This document shows, piece after piece, positions 36,235 to 48,472 of a stretch of 64,000 nucleotides of DNA. Made by a program: the position numbers and the translations under genes. Position 1 is the first letter of the stretch, and the number at the start of each line of letters is the position of its first letter. Under the pieces are notes generated by a model. It did no database searches. It was not told where the DNA came from and worked only from the letters and a program-made list of their open reading frames with translations. The stretch is from Podarcis erhardii (lineage: Eukaryota), in the NCBI GenBank assembly GCA_964252035.1, contig OZ176209.1; one strand, written 5' to 3'.

Positions 36235-36967
36235 TATAGCTGAGTTCTCTGTCAGCAGTTGCCTAGCAGCAATGAATTCACAATAAAAATGACAATTTCA
36301 AACCATCTCCCCCGAGAGGCCTCAAAAAGAGACCATAATGTACTGTTTTTGTGAATGTAATCTACAATATACAAGACGCATTATAAGTGCAAACTGCTAA
36401 TGACTTTTTGAAGAGCTATATCAGCTTTGAAAACAATATTTCAGTGCATCATTACCATAGTCTGTCCAGGACTGAAGTGGTTTCCAGAAGTTCCATAAAC
36501 ATCCTCAGACAAGCATCCAAATGACAAGGAGCCAAAATGTTTCCTGTCTGGAGTTAGTGTTGTGGTGAAGAGATCCAATGTAATAATCAGAGAACAGAAA
36601 TGTTACGGCAAACTTTAAAACAATCTTTTTAAACCTAAATTTCAAACTTTTGCATGATTGCATTAAAAATTATTTCAGAAACATTTTCATTTTTATTGAC
36701 ACAATGATGAAATTTAGGTTTTCCTTAGTTTAGATGTAACTGCCCCCAGTCTTCTAGCCATAGTTAAGAAATTATGCATCCTGCTGAACCAGACCAAAGG
36801 GTTGTTTAGTCCAGAATCCATTCTTCTGCAATGGGCAGCCAGATGTCTTGCCTATAAGCAAGACGTGAGTGCAATAGTCCTTTCCTGCTTGCCCAGCAGC
36901 AAGTAATACTCAGATGCATGTTGTATATTCCTGGCGGTGGTGTAGCCATTATGACTAGTAGCCATTT

Positions 36968-37116
36968 GCAGAATCCTAGAATTGTAGAGTTGGAAGGAAC
37001 CACAAGGGTCATCTAGTCCAGCCCCCCCGCAATGCAAGGAATCTTTTGCCCAGTGTGGGCTCAAACTCATGACCCTGAGATTAAGAGTCTCCTGCTCTAC
37101 CAACTGAGCCATCCCA
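36968..37116 (-). mobile_element. tRNA-Lys-derived SINE with CR1-type 3' tail
   Basis: Head ggctcagttggtagagcaggagactCTTaatctcagggtcatgagtttgagccc resembles tRNA-Lys(CTT), fused to gactagatgacccttgtggttccttccaactctacaattct. Confidence 0.8.
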
Positions 37117-38535
37117 GCCTACCCACCATGATTTTAATCCTCTTTTAGAGTTGTCTCAGTTGATGCCCATCACCAGATCATATGGAAGCAAATTCTGTAG
37201 TTCAATTAAGCGCTGCATGAAGAAGTCCTCTTTTTCTGCCCTGAATCTCCCCAGGTTCTAATCTTGTAAGAGGAGAAAAGTGTGTGTCTATCCTACATTC
37301 TCCAGACCAAACCATTCTTTTTATTTTGTATTTGACTTATTAAACTTATATATCACTTTGTACTAAAAGAGAAAGTCTTAAAGCTATTTACTGTAACGTA
37401 ATTTTAGTATGCGGTTTTAGCATGTGATATTATTATTATTATTATTTATAACTGTTTTTAAATTACTGATTTTAGTTTATATTTTAAAGCTTTTATGTAA
37501 CCTGTTTTAATGTTTGCTCTTATTGGTACTTTTAAATGACTATTTTAAATTGTTTAATAGGTTTTTATTACTATTTTATTTATTTAACAAAATTTATATA
37601 CTGCTTATTCACACAAAGACAATGTAGAGTGTCAGTACAGTAACCATGATAAAAACACAACCAAACAATATAATTGTAAGAACAATATTTTTAATTGTAA
37701 GAACAATATTTTTAAAGCTAGTTTAATGTTGGAGCTTTATATCTCTGATTAGCTTAAAATACTGTTTGCAAACCCAAAGGAAGAGACACAGACTATATAC
37801 TTTAACTTGTGGTTTATGGGTTGTTGTTTTTAAGTGCCCTTATGGTGACCCTGTTTAGGGTAGACGTTGGGGATATCTTATTAAAATTTTGCTAGTAAAA
37901 GTACAATTTTTTTCTTATATTGACCTTCCAATCAACAGGGGCAGTGGATTGGGGAGGGGAGGAACAACCCAAATACACCTTGGTATTTGAAACAGTAATT
38001 TGCAACTCAAAAAGCCCCAAATCCATTTAATCTTAGAAGTCAGCTTGGTCCAGTATAAACAGCTGAACAAGTTTCGGCTCCTCTTCATCGGATGCTTTTG
38101 TATACTGCACAGGCTTCAATTCATCATTTTCAATGTGTATTCATGAGAAAAAACATCTGTATCATCTTCACCTGCAGAAAAAATAGCTGCTCAAATAGCT
38201 GTCAAATTAGGCTGTCATTGACCAAAATTGCAGCCGGATTCAAAGCAGAAAAATACAGCAGGTGGGGAAGAACGATAATAACAAGAAGATGGCTGCTCAC
38301 TTTTGAAGTGTTGGAGGTACTACCTGGGCATGGCAGTGAGGTGAGAGACCCTGTTTTCATTGGTGCATTCAAATATTCCCCTCCCCCCCCAACTGCCATC
38401 CTTTCAGACAAACCTTCCTCTGAGATGTGCTGGGATTGACAAGCCCCCCGCTCCAACAGGTAGCTTCTGACCAAGATTGCTCATTGGTGAGGAAAAAGCA
38501 TGCTTCCTAAGGTTTATGGCTGCCATTGTTACATA

Positions 38536-38696
38536 CAGTGCTTTTTTCTAAAAAAAATATTTAGGGGTGCTCTCATTTTGACTCAAGAAAATCACAATTT
38601 TGTAGCTCAAATTGGGGAAAATAAATACAGTAAATGGACAAAAGTACAAAGATTCACAAAATGTGTACCCCTGCGTCCCCCCAGAAAAAAGCACTG
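38536..38696. mobile_element. hAT-type MITE (same family as 13286, opposite orientation)
   Basis: TIRs CAGTGCTTTTTTCT / AGAAAAAAGCACTG with 8-bp TSD GTTACATA/GTTACAGA. Confidence 0.85.
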
Positions 38697-39446
38697 GTTA
38701 CAGACCTTACAATGGAAGGTTCTGGAAGTGTGACCTCATTTCTCTGTTACAGATAGGTAGCCGTGTTGGTCTGCCATAGTCAAAACAAAACAAATTCCTT
38801 CCAGTAGCACCTTAAAGACCAACTAAGTCAGTTCTTGGTATGAGCTTTCGTGTGCATGCACACTTCTTCTACTCATTTCTCTGGGAAGTGGTGCTTCTGT
38901 GTGTGGAGGGGGAGATGAGGAAAGAGGTGAATAGGTGGGAGAGGGAAAGGCTAAAACTGAGTGAGGGCAGTAAGTAGGGGGTCATACTGAGCTAAAAACA
39001 GGAAAATAAAAAGAAGAAAGGCAGATTAGGGTCAAATAAAGATGTGGAGGGGGGAAGGAATAGCATGGAGATGTAAAGAATGGCAAAGTGGGGAATAAAA
39101 GAGTGATAAGCAGGGCCACTGCCAGACTTTAATGGCCCTTTGGGCTGATACTGCCAAGGGCCCCTGCCTGGTGTCAACCTGGGTCACATCTTCTACATCA
39201 TCCATTTCAAGCAGATGGATTTCCCAAAGAATCCTGAGAATGGAAGATTCCCCCTCACAGAGCTACAATTCCCAGCACCCTTAACAAACTGTAGTTCCAA
39301 AGATGATTTGAGGGAAGCCATGTGCTTTAAACATATGGCATAGATATGACCCTGCCCGCACACCCATCTGCTGCTGCTGCTGCTTCCACATCAGAGTCTG
39401 CTGCTGTTAAGTCGGTTACCTCAGCCCTCTTCTCCCTGCAAACATA

Positions 39447-39835
39447 TTTGAAATTTTGAAATTTGAAATACTTTGTCACTTGTACAACTTGTATACAGTG
39501 AGATTACACGAGCATCCCCCACTCAGCTCTCTTTGTCTTTAATTCCCCTCTTTTACTGATGCACACCCACCAAACCTGAAAGTCAGTTGCCCTGGTGTTA
39601 TCTTTTCATTCAGCAGCCTAACAGCCCACGGATAGAAGCTGTTCTTTACCCTGTTGGTGTGACTAATCATGCTTCTATATTTTCTGCCTGAGGGCAGGAG
39701 ATCAAGAAATTGCCGGCCAGGGTGTGAATCATCCCTGAGAATTTTCCTCACTTTCCTGAGGCAACGTTCTTCCACTATTTCATCCAGCGGATTCACAGGA
39801 CAGCCCATAATAATATTACCTGGTGGCGGCGACAC
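39447..39835 (-). mobile_element. Rex1/Babar-like LINE 3' fragment
   Basis: Open C-terminal peptide ...KILRDDSHPGRQFLDLLPSGRKYRSMISHTNRVKNSFYPWAVRLLN plus short (ATTTCAA)n-like tandem tail. Confidence 0.75.
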
Positions 39836-42006
39836 TTATTATGGGAACTGAGCCAGTCCTCAGCTATGTGCTACAGTGGTTGGCCACCATGTTAAATTCC
39901 CCAAGAGGCAACGTCTGATGTTGGTCACTGCAATTTGGGGAATCTAATGTGGTGGGTGCCTATATCTGAAGGGAGTCTTCTTATGACTTGGCTCCCATAA
40001 TAAATGCCAACAAGTAGCACACACATGGGGTGAGAGGAGATTCTGCACTGTAGAACTGATAGCAAGTGGGTGGGGATCCTGGTGGCAAGGTCAGAGCGGT
40101 TGGTCGTCGGCCCTTCAGGGCCCCCAGACCTTCAGGAAGGGCCTGACTATGCAGGTCCCTAATGCTGGCCCAGGTGATGAGGGGAAAGAATTGTGCAGGA
40201 AGGGAAAATATGCCTAGAGTAGAAGGGATAGAAATGCTGACAGAGAAACTGAGTGGAAAAGCAATGGAGGTTTACCAAAGTGTGAGCTGAAGGAAGTTTA
40301 AGGAATGAAAGAAGTTGAGGACAAAAAGAAAAATGAGCAAATTAGAGAGGAAGGAAATTTTGAAAACTTAGTGTACATCGGGGATTGCTGTCTGGCTCTT
40401 TTCTCTCGAGGAATTAAAAACAAACAAATCACAATCTGAAACCATTATTGAAGCTCTGCTGTTTTCATTATGTCCAGAGAGAGTGAGAGGGAATGGGTCA
40501 GGGAGTGTGTAAAAGCAGAAAATCATAAAGAATATCTATCAATCTATGTATCCGAATGCAAGAGAAGGCAGAAGTCCAACCTTACAAGCAGCAAGACGCA
40601 TGGGGCAAGGAGAAAGCTGTTTACTGTCTTCTTTACCAATGCAAACCAGACATGGAGGGAAAACCATGTGCATGCTAAATACCCCTATTTCCCCTATTTA
40701 TTTTTAAAAGAGGTAAAAGCAATGAGGTCTCAAACTTACGCAGAAAAGGGGTCCCTAGCTTTGAGCAGTTTTCTTGCCTGCTTCCCTTCCCTGGGTTTGT
40801 CCCCCTCTCCCTGGGCTATTTTTAATGGAAATAATAAACCTCCACACCCCTGCTTTATATATTAATGTGAAAAATATGTGTTTGACATACACCCATTTTT
40901 TTTAGGCACCAGTGACTTACTGGGTATATTGTATTTAGGCGCAGGAAGAATGCATTCAGACATGGAGAATATTGTGTTAGTTTTCCTGATTATAATGCTA
41001 GTGCTTCTGTCTCATTTTCCAATGTTCCTTTCAGACGGCACACCAAGCAGGCACACCAACTCCAGGGGTTGGAGCATCTTTGGCCCCCTCAGTATTTGTG
41101 CGCAGGGGGCCCTGGAAGCTGCACTGGTGTGCTCCCTGGAATGTAGCAAAGGAATGTACCAAAGCACCTCAGGCGGCCCTGCTGGGGTGGCCTCAGCCTT
41201 GTGGCAGCGACAACAAAAACAGGTATGGCGTTGGACGGTGGTTGGGTGGGGGATGGCAGGCCAAGTTGGGGGGGCAGTGTGCACATGACATCACACACTT
41301 GCAACCCCCCTCCCAATGCTGAGCACAAGACGGCGCCTTTGTATGGAACTATGCCTTCTTGACTAATATAGTGGCATGTTGAGCTAAATTTCATTCACAG
41401 CAGTGGGCATGGTACGACACCACAACAATGTCATTGGACAATATTGCTGCTCCCCCACACTTTCTGCACATGGATGTTTTTGTTCCCCCACAATTCCCCC
41501 ATGGAAATTGCAGGAAAGAAGTGTATGCCAATATACTGCCCCAAATATCGTCATTTTACTCCTATGAGTTTCTGGGTTACGGTGGCTGCAAAGGTTTTCT
41601 TTTTCTTTTTCTGGAATCAGATAACATGGAAATGAGTTCTAAACACATGCTAGAATCCATTAGTTTTCTGGAAGTGGTTTTTACGACACGTGAAAGCTGA
41701 AATAAAATGCCAAAATTAACAGGAAGATTTCAAGAAATGGAATAAACTGCTGAATGAATGTAGTTTGTATTAACTACATATTGTTCCCTTGAACACAATC
41801 ATGACCTCTTGCATGGACACACTTTTGCAGAGGTTCACTGCACACACAATGTGCAGATGTTGGGGGCTGAGGCTGGTGGGGCACACAATGTTGTTGATAT
41901 AGACCAGCAGGCACAGTCCTATTCTGTCTCCATATATCAGTCCTAGACTGCTGAGGGCCCAATCACATATGATGCTAAATGGGTCATTAGGAAGCATCTT
42001 AATATT

Positions 42007-42007
<1 letters not shown>

Positions 42008-42050
<43 letters not shown>
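42008..42050. repeat. (TAA)n microsatellite
   Basis: Direct read. Confidence 0.95.
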
Positions 42051-42051
<1 letters not shown>

Positions 42052-42299
42052 GCAGCAGGTGCCAGCAACCTATGATTTTTATCAAGTCCACAGCACTTGG
42101 GAGAGGTTTAATCTTCCCCTCCTCAGTTGCAATTTGGACAAATATCCAGGTATGGGGAGAGGGCAGGACAGATAGCAACCTTGCACACATTTCCTGCCCA
42201 GTTTGGCTGCAAAACTGCCCTGCCTGGGAGTTTTCCTTGGTCTGGAGAGTGGTCATGAAGTACAGCGACTGAGTCGTGTGCTGCCCCCATCCTGTAAAC

Positions 42300-42538
42300 C
42301 AGGGGTCAGCAACCTTTTTCTGCTGTGGGCCCCTCAGACCATGTGGTGGGCCGGACTATATTTTGGAAAAAAATATGAATGAATTCCTATGCCCCACAAA
42401 TAACCCGGAGATGCATTTTAAATAAAAGGACACATTCTACTCATGTAAAAACATGCTGATTCCCAGACCATCCGTGGGCCTGAATGAGAAGGCGATTGGG
42501 CTGCATCTGGCTCACGGGCCTTAGGTTGCCTACCCCTG
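42300..42538. mobile_element. hAT (Charlie-like) MITE
   Basis: TIRs CAGGGGTCAGCAACCT / AGGTTGCCTACCCCTG with 8-bp TSD CTGTAAAC/CCATAAAC. Confidence 0.8.
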
Positions 42539-42690
42539 CCATAAACTGAGTATTGATCAGGTGAAGGTGGAACACCTGGATGGATGGTCCAGAGCAGTAG
42601 CTAGCCTGAGGACCTACAAGGAGACATGCACATGAATTGTGATTTTTCAGGAGACCAATGAGCAGGGGAGTCAACAAGCTGATCATGAGT

Positions 42691-43066
42691 CATAGAATCA
42701 TAGAATCATAGAGTTGGAAGAGACCACAAGGGCCATCGAGTCCAACCCCCTGCCAAGCAGGAAACACCATCAGAGCACTCCTGACATATGGTTGTCAAGC
42801 CTCTGCTTAAAGACCTCCAAAGAAGGAGACTCCACCACACTCCTTGGCAGCAAATTCCACTGTCGAACAGCTCTTACTGTCAGGAAGTTCTTCCTAATGT
42901 TTAGGTGGAATCTTCTTTCTTGTAGTTTGGAACCATTGCTCCGTGTCCGCTTCTCTGGAGCAGCAGAAAACAACCTTTCTCCCTCCTCTATGTGACATCC
43001 TTTTATATATTTGAACATGGCTATCATATCACCCCTTAACCTCCTCTTCTCCAGGCTAAACATGCC
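42691..43066 (-). mobile_element. Young CR1 LINE 3' fragment
   Basis: FSLEKRRLRGDMIAMFKYIKGCH...RFHLNIRKNFLTVRAVRQWN...SLEVFKQRLD peptide and (ATTCTATG)n tail. Confidence 0.93.
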
Positions 43067-45467
43067 TGGAGTCAGCTTGTTTGTGAACACAGCACACACA
43101 CTACTGTGGATAGGACTGAGATTTTATCACTGTGGTTCCTGTACTAGGCTTCCCTGGTGATGCAGTGAGGAAGAATATCCCAAGGTAATCCTCTAGGCCT
43201 GTCTCTGAAACCATTAACACCTGGCATTGAGATATAAACTTTCAAAGCATGCTAGAATCCAATCCGATTTCATTTTGCTTAATTATAATTTCCTAATGCC
43301 ATGGGAGGAAGCTTGTCCCGGATGCTTAAGAACATCAGTGCTTGTGGCCATGCCATGATTATGCTGACGACAACTGTGTAAACCTCCCTAGTTAACCTGG
43401 AAGTGGTCCAAATTGGCTGTGGTCACAGAAAATAATATATCGTCTCAGAGCTGTGTGAGAACAGCTCCCCAGAGCTTATAGCCAGGTCAGTTTGACTTGG
43501 GCTACAGACCAGACTGCTAAAAGCATACTTATTACAGGGACAAAGTCTTATAAACCCCACCCAAATGACAGAAATGGAGGGGTGGCGGGAAGCAAGGTTG
43601 CTAAAAATAATCCTACATTTTATAGAAATCTCCTCTTACAGACTGAATAGTTACTGTTTAACGTTTATTCTGTATATCCAGTATGCAGGCTGTAAGAAGC
43701 TGTAAGAAGCTAAAACAGTGCCACCGATGCTAAACAGTAGGCTTTTGGGAATACCAAAGTTTGGCAAAAGTAAATTTTTGCCCCCCTGAGCCTAATGAGA
43801 CCTGAGCATGCTTGATGATCCTGGATTGTTGACTGACTTGGGGCCAGGTAGTGGTGGCGAAATGGAGCACTGTGTAGGAGGGCATGGCTGGCTGACTGGC
43901 TGGTTGGAACAGAAGCACTCAGCTTTGCAGCATCTTGTTGTAGATCCCACTTGTGTACACCAACAGCAGTCCTAATATTCCGGATGCTAGTCTTTGTATC
44001 TAAAATGGCACCGCCCACACAGATGACAGAGTTTGTTGGGATGCTGCTGGGAAGATAGGGGCAACAGGCAGTGCCCCAGCTGGCTCCAGCCACTGGCTGG
44101 CAGCCGGGCGATCACCGGTCTCCTTTGGAACAGCATCAGTCAGCGAAATGAGCCTCCGAAACGTTAAGAGAACTATGCATGCTTTATCAGCAAAGTGAAT
44201 AAATCTTCTCACAACGGAAGAGGCAGACAGAGCCATGTGTAAGCATATGTACAGCATTTTTTCCAGCATAGTTCAGGAACAAAGGAAAACATGTCTGCTT
44301 CCCTTCGTCTCCAGCAAAACAGCAATACAAAAGCAATATACAAAACAGAAGTTCCCAGCAGACTGTGCTGGAAATGTAAACAGGCATGTGACACACAATA
44401 GTCATGCCCGTCCCTTTTAAGGTGGAACAGAACTATATCCTAACAGAGGTGTCACCAGGCTCAGAGGAACCCCAGGATTTACAGAAGTATACAAAATCTT
44501 AAGGAAAAAAACCCTAAGGGGAGACCTCTCCAATAGCCTAATGAAGATTGAGCATGCTCAGTGACCTCTGCTGATGCTGACAGTGCGGTGGGGATAAAAT
44601 AGAAAACTGGGGGCGGGGGCAGGGTAACTGAAACCCTGAAGAGGAGTACTCCATATGGCATCATTTTGCTGCCCGTCTCACTTGCTTCTTCTGCCAGGAG
44701 ATTGAGGCATGATGTCACCTACCCCAATACAGAAAGTCTATTGTTCTTCCATAGCCGTCTGCCTTTATGATTATAGTCAGAAGATCAGGCACCATGCTAA
44801 GATATTAGCACTGTAACTGTCATGCTGGAAGGGAACAACAGGAAGAGTAAAGCACTTGGGCCTCCTTCTGAATAGAAAGGCTCCCTAGTCCAAAAAGCTT
44901 TTGACTTCCACATAGACTGCAAACGCTATCATTACAATCAGTACCAATTGTTTCTGGCTCATTCTGCATCTGTGGAATGACAGCTGGTTGTTTCCCCCGC
45001 TCTACAAATCAGCATCAAAGTCATTTCGAGGACAGCTTGGCTTGAAACTTCTGCCCATGGAATTTAGCTTTCCTGCAAAATGAGAATGTCAGGAGAGAAT
45101 TTCTTTGAACTGAATTCAAGTTAGACACCAATGCATGTCTAAGACTCAAGGTGCTGGGGAAACAAGACTGCAGCTTCTGCAGAGGATGATCAAGGCTCCT
45201 TAAGTGCTGGACCTTCTCACCCCTAAAACTGGCCCCATAATCTAGTTTTGTTGGGTGGGGGTAGCAGCTGCCATGCATTGTCAGAGGACTGCTCTTTGTG
45301 ATTGTACAGAAGCTTCAGTTTGACACACAATGGGTGTCTGAATTATGGAAGGATGGCTTTATGGTTGCTTATGCATGGGTTTTAATTTCTTTATGTGATC
45401 TATGCCTACCCAGGAATAAGTTCCATTGAAGTCAATGGAGCCTACTTCTGAGCAGGCGTGCATAAGA

Positions 45468-45600
45468 TAAGGTTTACCAGACGTCCCCGTTTCTTGGAGA
45501 CAGTCCCCGGATTTACAAATCAGTCCCCTGACAAAATCCTATCATTCCTACTGAGGTTGAAAAGTGTCCCCGGATTCATTGAAAAAATCTGGTAACCTTA
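45468..45600. mobile_element. hAT-type MITE
   Basis: TIRs TAAGGTTTACCAGA / TCTGGTAACCTTA with 8-bp TSD GCATAAGA/GCATATGA. Confidence 0.78.
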
Positions 45601-45949
45601 GCATATGATTGCACTGATCATTACTGGGTTGTGACTAATGGTAGCTTTGTACTAGTGGAAAGTGTACATCCTTGTGCAAGGTGTGGCAACCTGTTTCCGT
45701 TGAGCCAAAAGCTGGTCGTGAGGATAGGGGACTCTCAAAAACAGTGTAGGATGTGAAGGGCTTCTGTGGGTAGGGGAGGAGGAATGAAAATCACTGTTCT
45801 GTGAGTGGAAAACACTTTTCACTAAATCAGAGAGCCATGTTTCCTTATGAACAACCTTCTGGGGCCACATGCTAGGCTGGGAAAAGGAACGAAAGTGATT
45901 ATTATCTTTATTACACTAATCTACATTCTAGTCACACAAAACTTAAAAG

Positions 45950-45952
<3 letters not shown>

Positions 45953-45988
<36 letters not shown>
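45953..45988. repeat. (CA)n microsatellite
   Basis: Direct read. Confidence 0.95.
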
Positions 45989-45992
<4 letters not shown>

Positions 45993-46564
45993 ATCTGTGT
46001 ACACACTTCTTCATCCAGGCAATCAAGACATATTCCAGGCACAAAGTGCTTCAGTGCCATGGTCCAGGGAGAGTCTGAGGGCCCCATGGAGAGTTTTGAA
46101 GGGCCACTTCTAGGCCCTGGAACTGAGGTTTTCCATCCCTGCAGTAACGCCAAGGCACTGTAGAATGTAACCTCCTGGTTTTAGGATTTAGGTAGAACAG
46201 CTCTAAGTATTTATCCATGCTTCCTCCCTCAAATAATTGGCTGAGATAAAAATGATGAAGTGGGATACAGATAACCTAGCTTTAGAATATGAAGAAATGT
46301 GTTTACAAAACTGCAGCTCCCTGGGCCAAAGCTGATGTGATGTTAAATGTATTATTGCATTAAAAATGTAAGTAGCCATGCATGTGTGTATGGGGGGGGG
46401 GAGAGAGAGGGAGAGAGATAGGATCATGACTGCAGTGCAGAGAGGGAAGAGATGTAAGTATTTTGACAGACAAAGAAATTTCATGGAGATGAATTTTTCA
46501 GTTGTTTTAAGCTAGAAGCTGGCACCTAGTCTCAAATTGTTGGCACTGAAGAGAATGCAATCTC

Positions 46565-47918
46565 TTTTTTTAAAAAAGTTGATAGACCGGATTGTGGAAA
46601 CTATCTCTTTATTAGCTGCAGTTGGCAAAATTCTTGCATGGATTTTAGGAAACCGTCTCCCAACTATATCCAAGGCCACCGTTCCTGAATCCCAAAATGG
46701 TTTTCAACCTTCTAGGGGGAACAGTGGACATGATTTTCACTGCTTGACAGCTTCAAGAAAAATGCAGAGAGTAAAACCAATCCCTGTATATGGCATTTTA
46801 TTGACCTGACTAAGGCCTTCGACACTATAAATCGTAATGCTCTGTGGACTTTCCTTCTGAAAATCAGCTGCCTGGATAAATTTGTGAACATTATTCTGTT
46901 CCTCCATGAGAATGTGGCAGAAACAATTGTGGATAACAATGGCTGTCAAAGTGAACCATTCACAGTGGGATCAGGTGTTAAACAGGGATGTATTATCGCT
47001 CCAACTCTAATATTTTCATTGATCCTACACATTGTCAATGTAAACTCCCCACTGGGGTAGAAATCATATATTGAACAGATGGAAAGCTCTTTAACTTAAG
47101 TAGACTGAAAGCAAAGAGTAAGGTTACCATAACTTATGTCATAGAGTTTCAATATGCTGATGACAACGTAGTGTGTGCTCACTTAGAGGATGACCTCCAA
47201 ACCATCCTAAATATCTTCGCAGAAGCTTACGAAAAGCTTGGCCTATCTCTCGACATCCAAAAAACCAAAGTTGTACTACCAACCTTACTGTACACTTGTG
47301 AAACATGGACCACTTATAAACGCCATCTCCAACTCCTTGAAAGATTCCATCAACGGTGTCTCTGAAAATTTTTACATATCACTTGGGAAGACAGGCGAAC
47401 TAATGTCAGTGTACTGGAAGAAGCAAAGATCACCAGTGTTGAAGCAATGGTTCTTCAACATCAACTTCGTTGGACTGGTCATGTTGTGTGGATGCCTGAT
47501 TATTGTCTTCCAAAGCAACTACTCTATTCTGAACTTAAAAATGGAAAGTGTAATGCTGGTGGTCAACAAAAGAGGTTTAAAGACTCTCTTTCAAGGCAAA
47601 TCTTTAAAAATGTAGTATAAACACCAACAATTGAGAAACATTGGCCTGCAATTGCTCCAGTTGGAGAACAGCCTTTACCAAAGGTGTCAGGGACTTTGAA
47701 GACACTCAAACGCAGGACGAAAGGGAGAAATAGGTTAAAAGGAAGACATGTTTGGTAAACCCTCACCATGATCAACTCCTGCCCGGAAACCTATGTCCCC
47801 ACTGTGGAAGGACATGTGGATCTAGAATTGGCCTTCAAAGTCATCTGTGGACACACCATTAAGACTGTGCTCATGGAACACAATCTTACTCAGCTACAAG
47901 TGGTTGCCAAATAAGAAG
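46565..47918 (+). mobile_element. RTE-clade LINE (non-BovB), 5'-truncated and frameshifted
   Basis: Fragmentary RT motifs ISLLAAVGKIL, PESQNGF, FIDLTKAFD, GVKQGC, QYADD, LERFHQRCL, QLRWTGHV, then a CPHC...H zinc-finger-like end. Confidence 0.88.
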
Positions 47919-48102
47919 ACCAATGGCGGGTAACCGTTTTTGGTCTGAGGGCCCCTTTCAACTTTGGTCAGTCCTCCAGTGGCCACATTCTGGCACTGAG
48001 TGTGGCCACTCCAATAAGAATGGAAAGATCTGTCAATATCAGTTCACTCAGTTTCTCATTTTCCCAATCTTAAATTCCACATTTCTGCAGCAGTTTGCAG
48101 TT

Positions 48103-48186
48103 GAAAAGAAAAGAAAAGAAAAGAAAAGAAAAGAAAAGAAAAGAAAAGAAAAGAAAAGAAAAGAAAAGAAGAGAAGAGAAAAGAAA
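48103..48186. repeat. (AAAAG)n microsatellite
   Basis: Direct read. Confidence 0.95.
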
Positions 48187-48334
48187 AACACTGTACTGTA
48201 TTGTTAGTGAATTTTTTCCCTAATAAACACATTTGGGATGCAGTTTTGACTAATGCACACCTTTTTGCAAGCAGTTTCTCTTAATATACTGCGTGTTATT
48301 TTCACTAATATATTCATTTTTATGCACATGTTCC

Positions 48335-48472
48335 CAGTGGTGTAGCGTGGGTTGTCAGCAAGGCAAGTAATTTGCGCCCCCTAACCCGTGGATTTGCGCT
48401 CCCTAACCCTAACCCCCAGATGTTGCACCCGGTGCGGCCGGCCCCCCCTGCACCCCCCACACGACGCCACTG
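48335..48472. mobile_element. Small hAT-type MITE
   Basis: TIRs CAGTGGTGTAGCGTG / CACGACGCCACTG with perfect 8-bp TSD CATGTTCC (48327-48334, 48473-48480). Confidence 0.88.

Noticed and set aside
37040-37116. tRNA-Lys gene
   Set aside because: The acceptor stem and T-arm are degenerate and it is fused to a CR1 tail, so it is a SINE head.
37670-37712. 21-bp tandem duplication (also the AT-rich palindromic run near 60450-60490)
   Set aside because: Ordinary slippage products in AT-rich DNA.
44065-47960. CTCF-like motifs near 44070 and 47945
   Set aside because: Spacing or core mismatches relative to the consensus; not distinguishable from chance.
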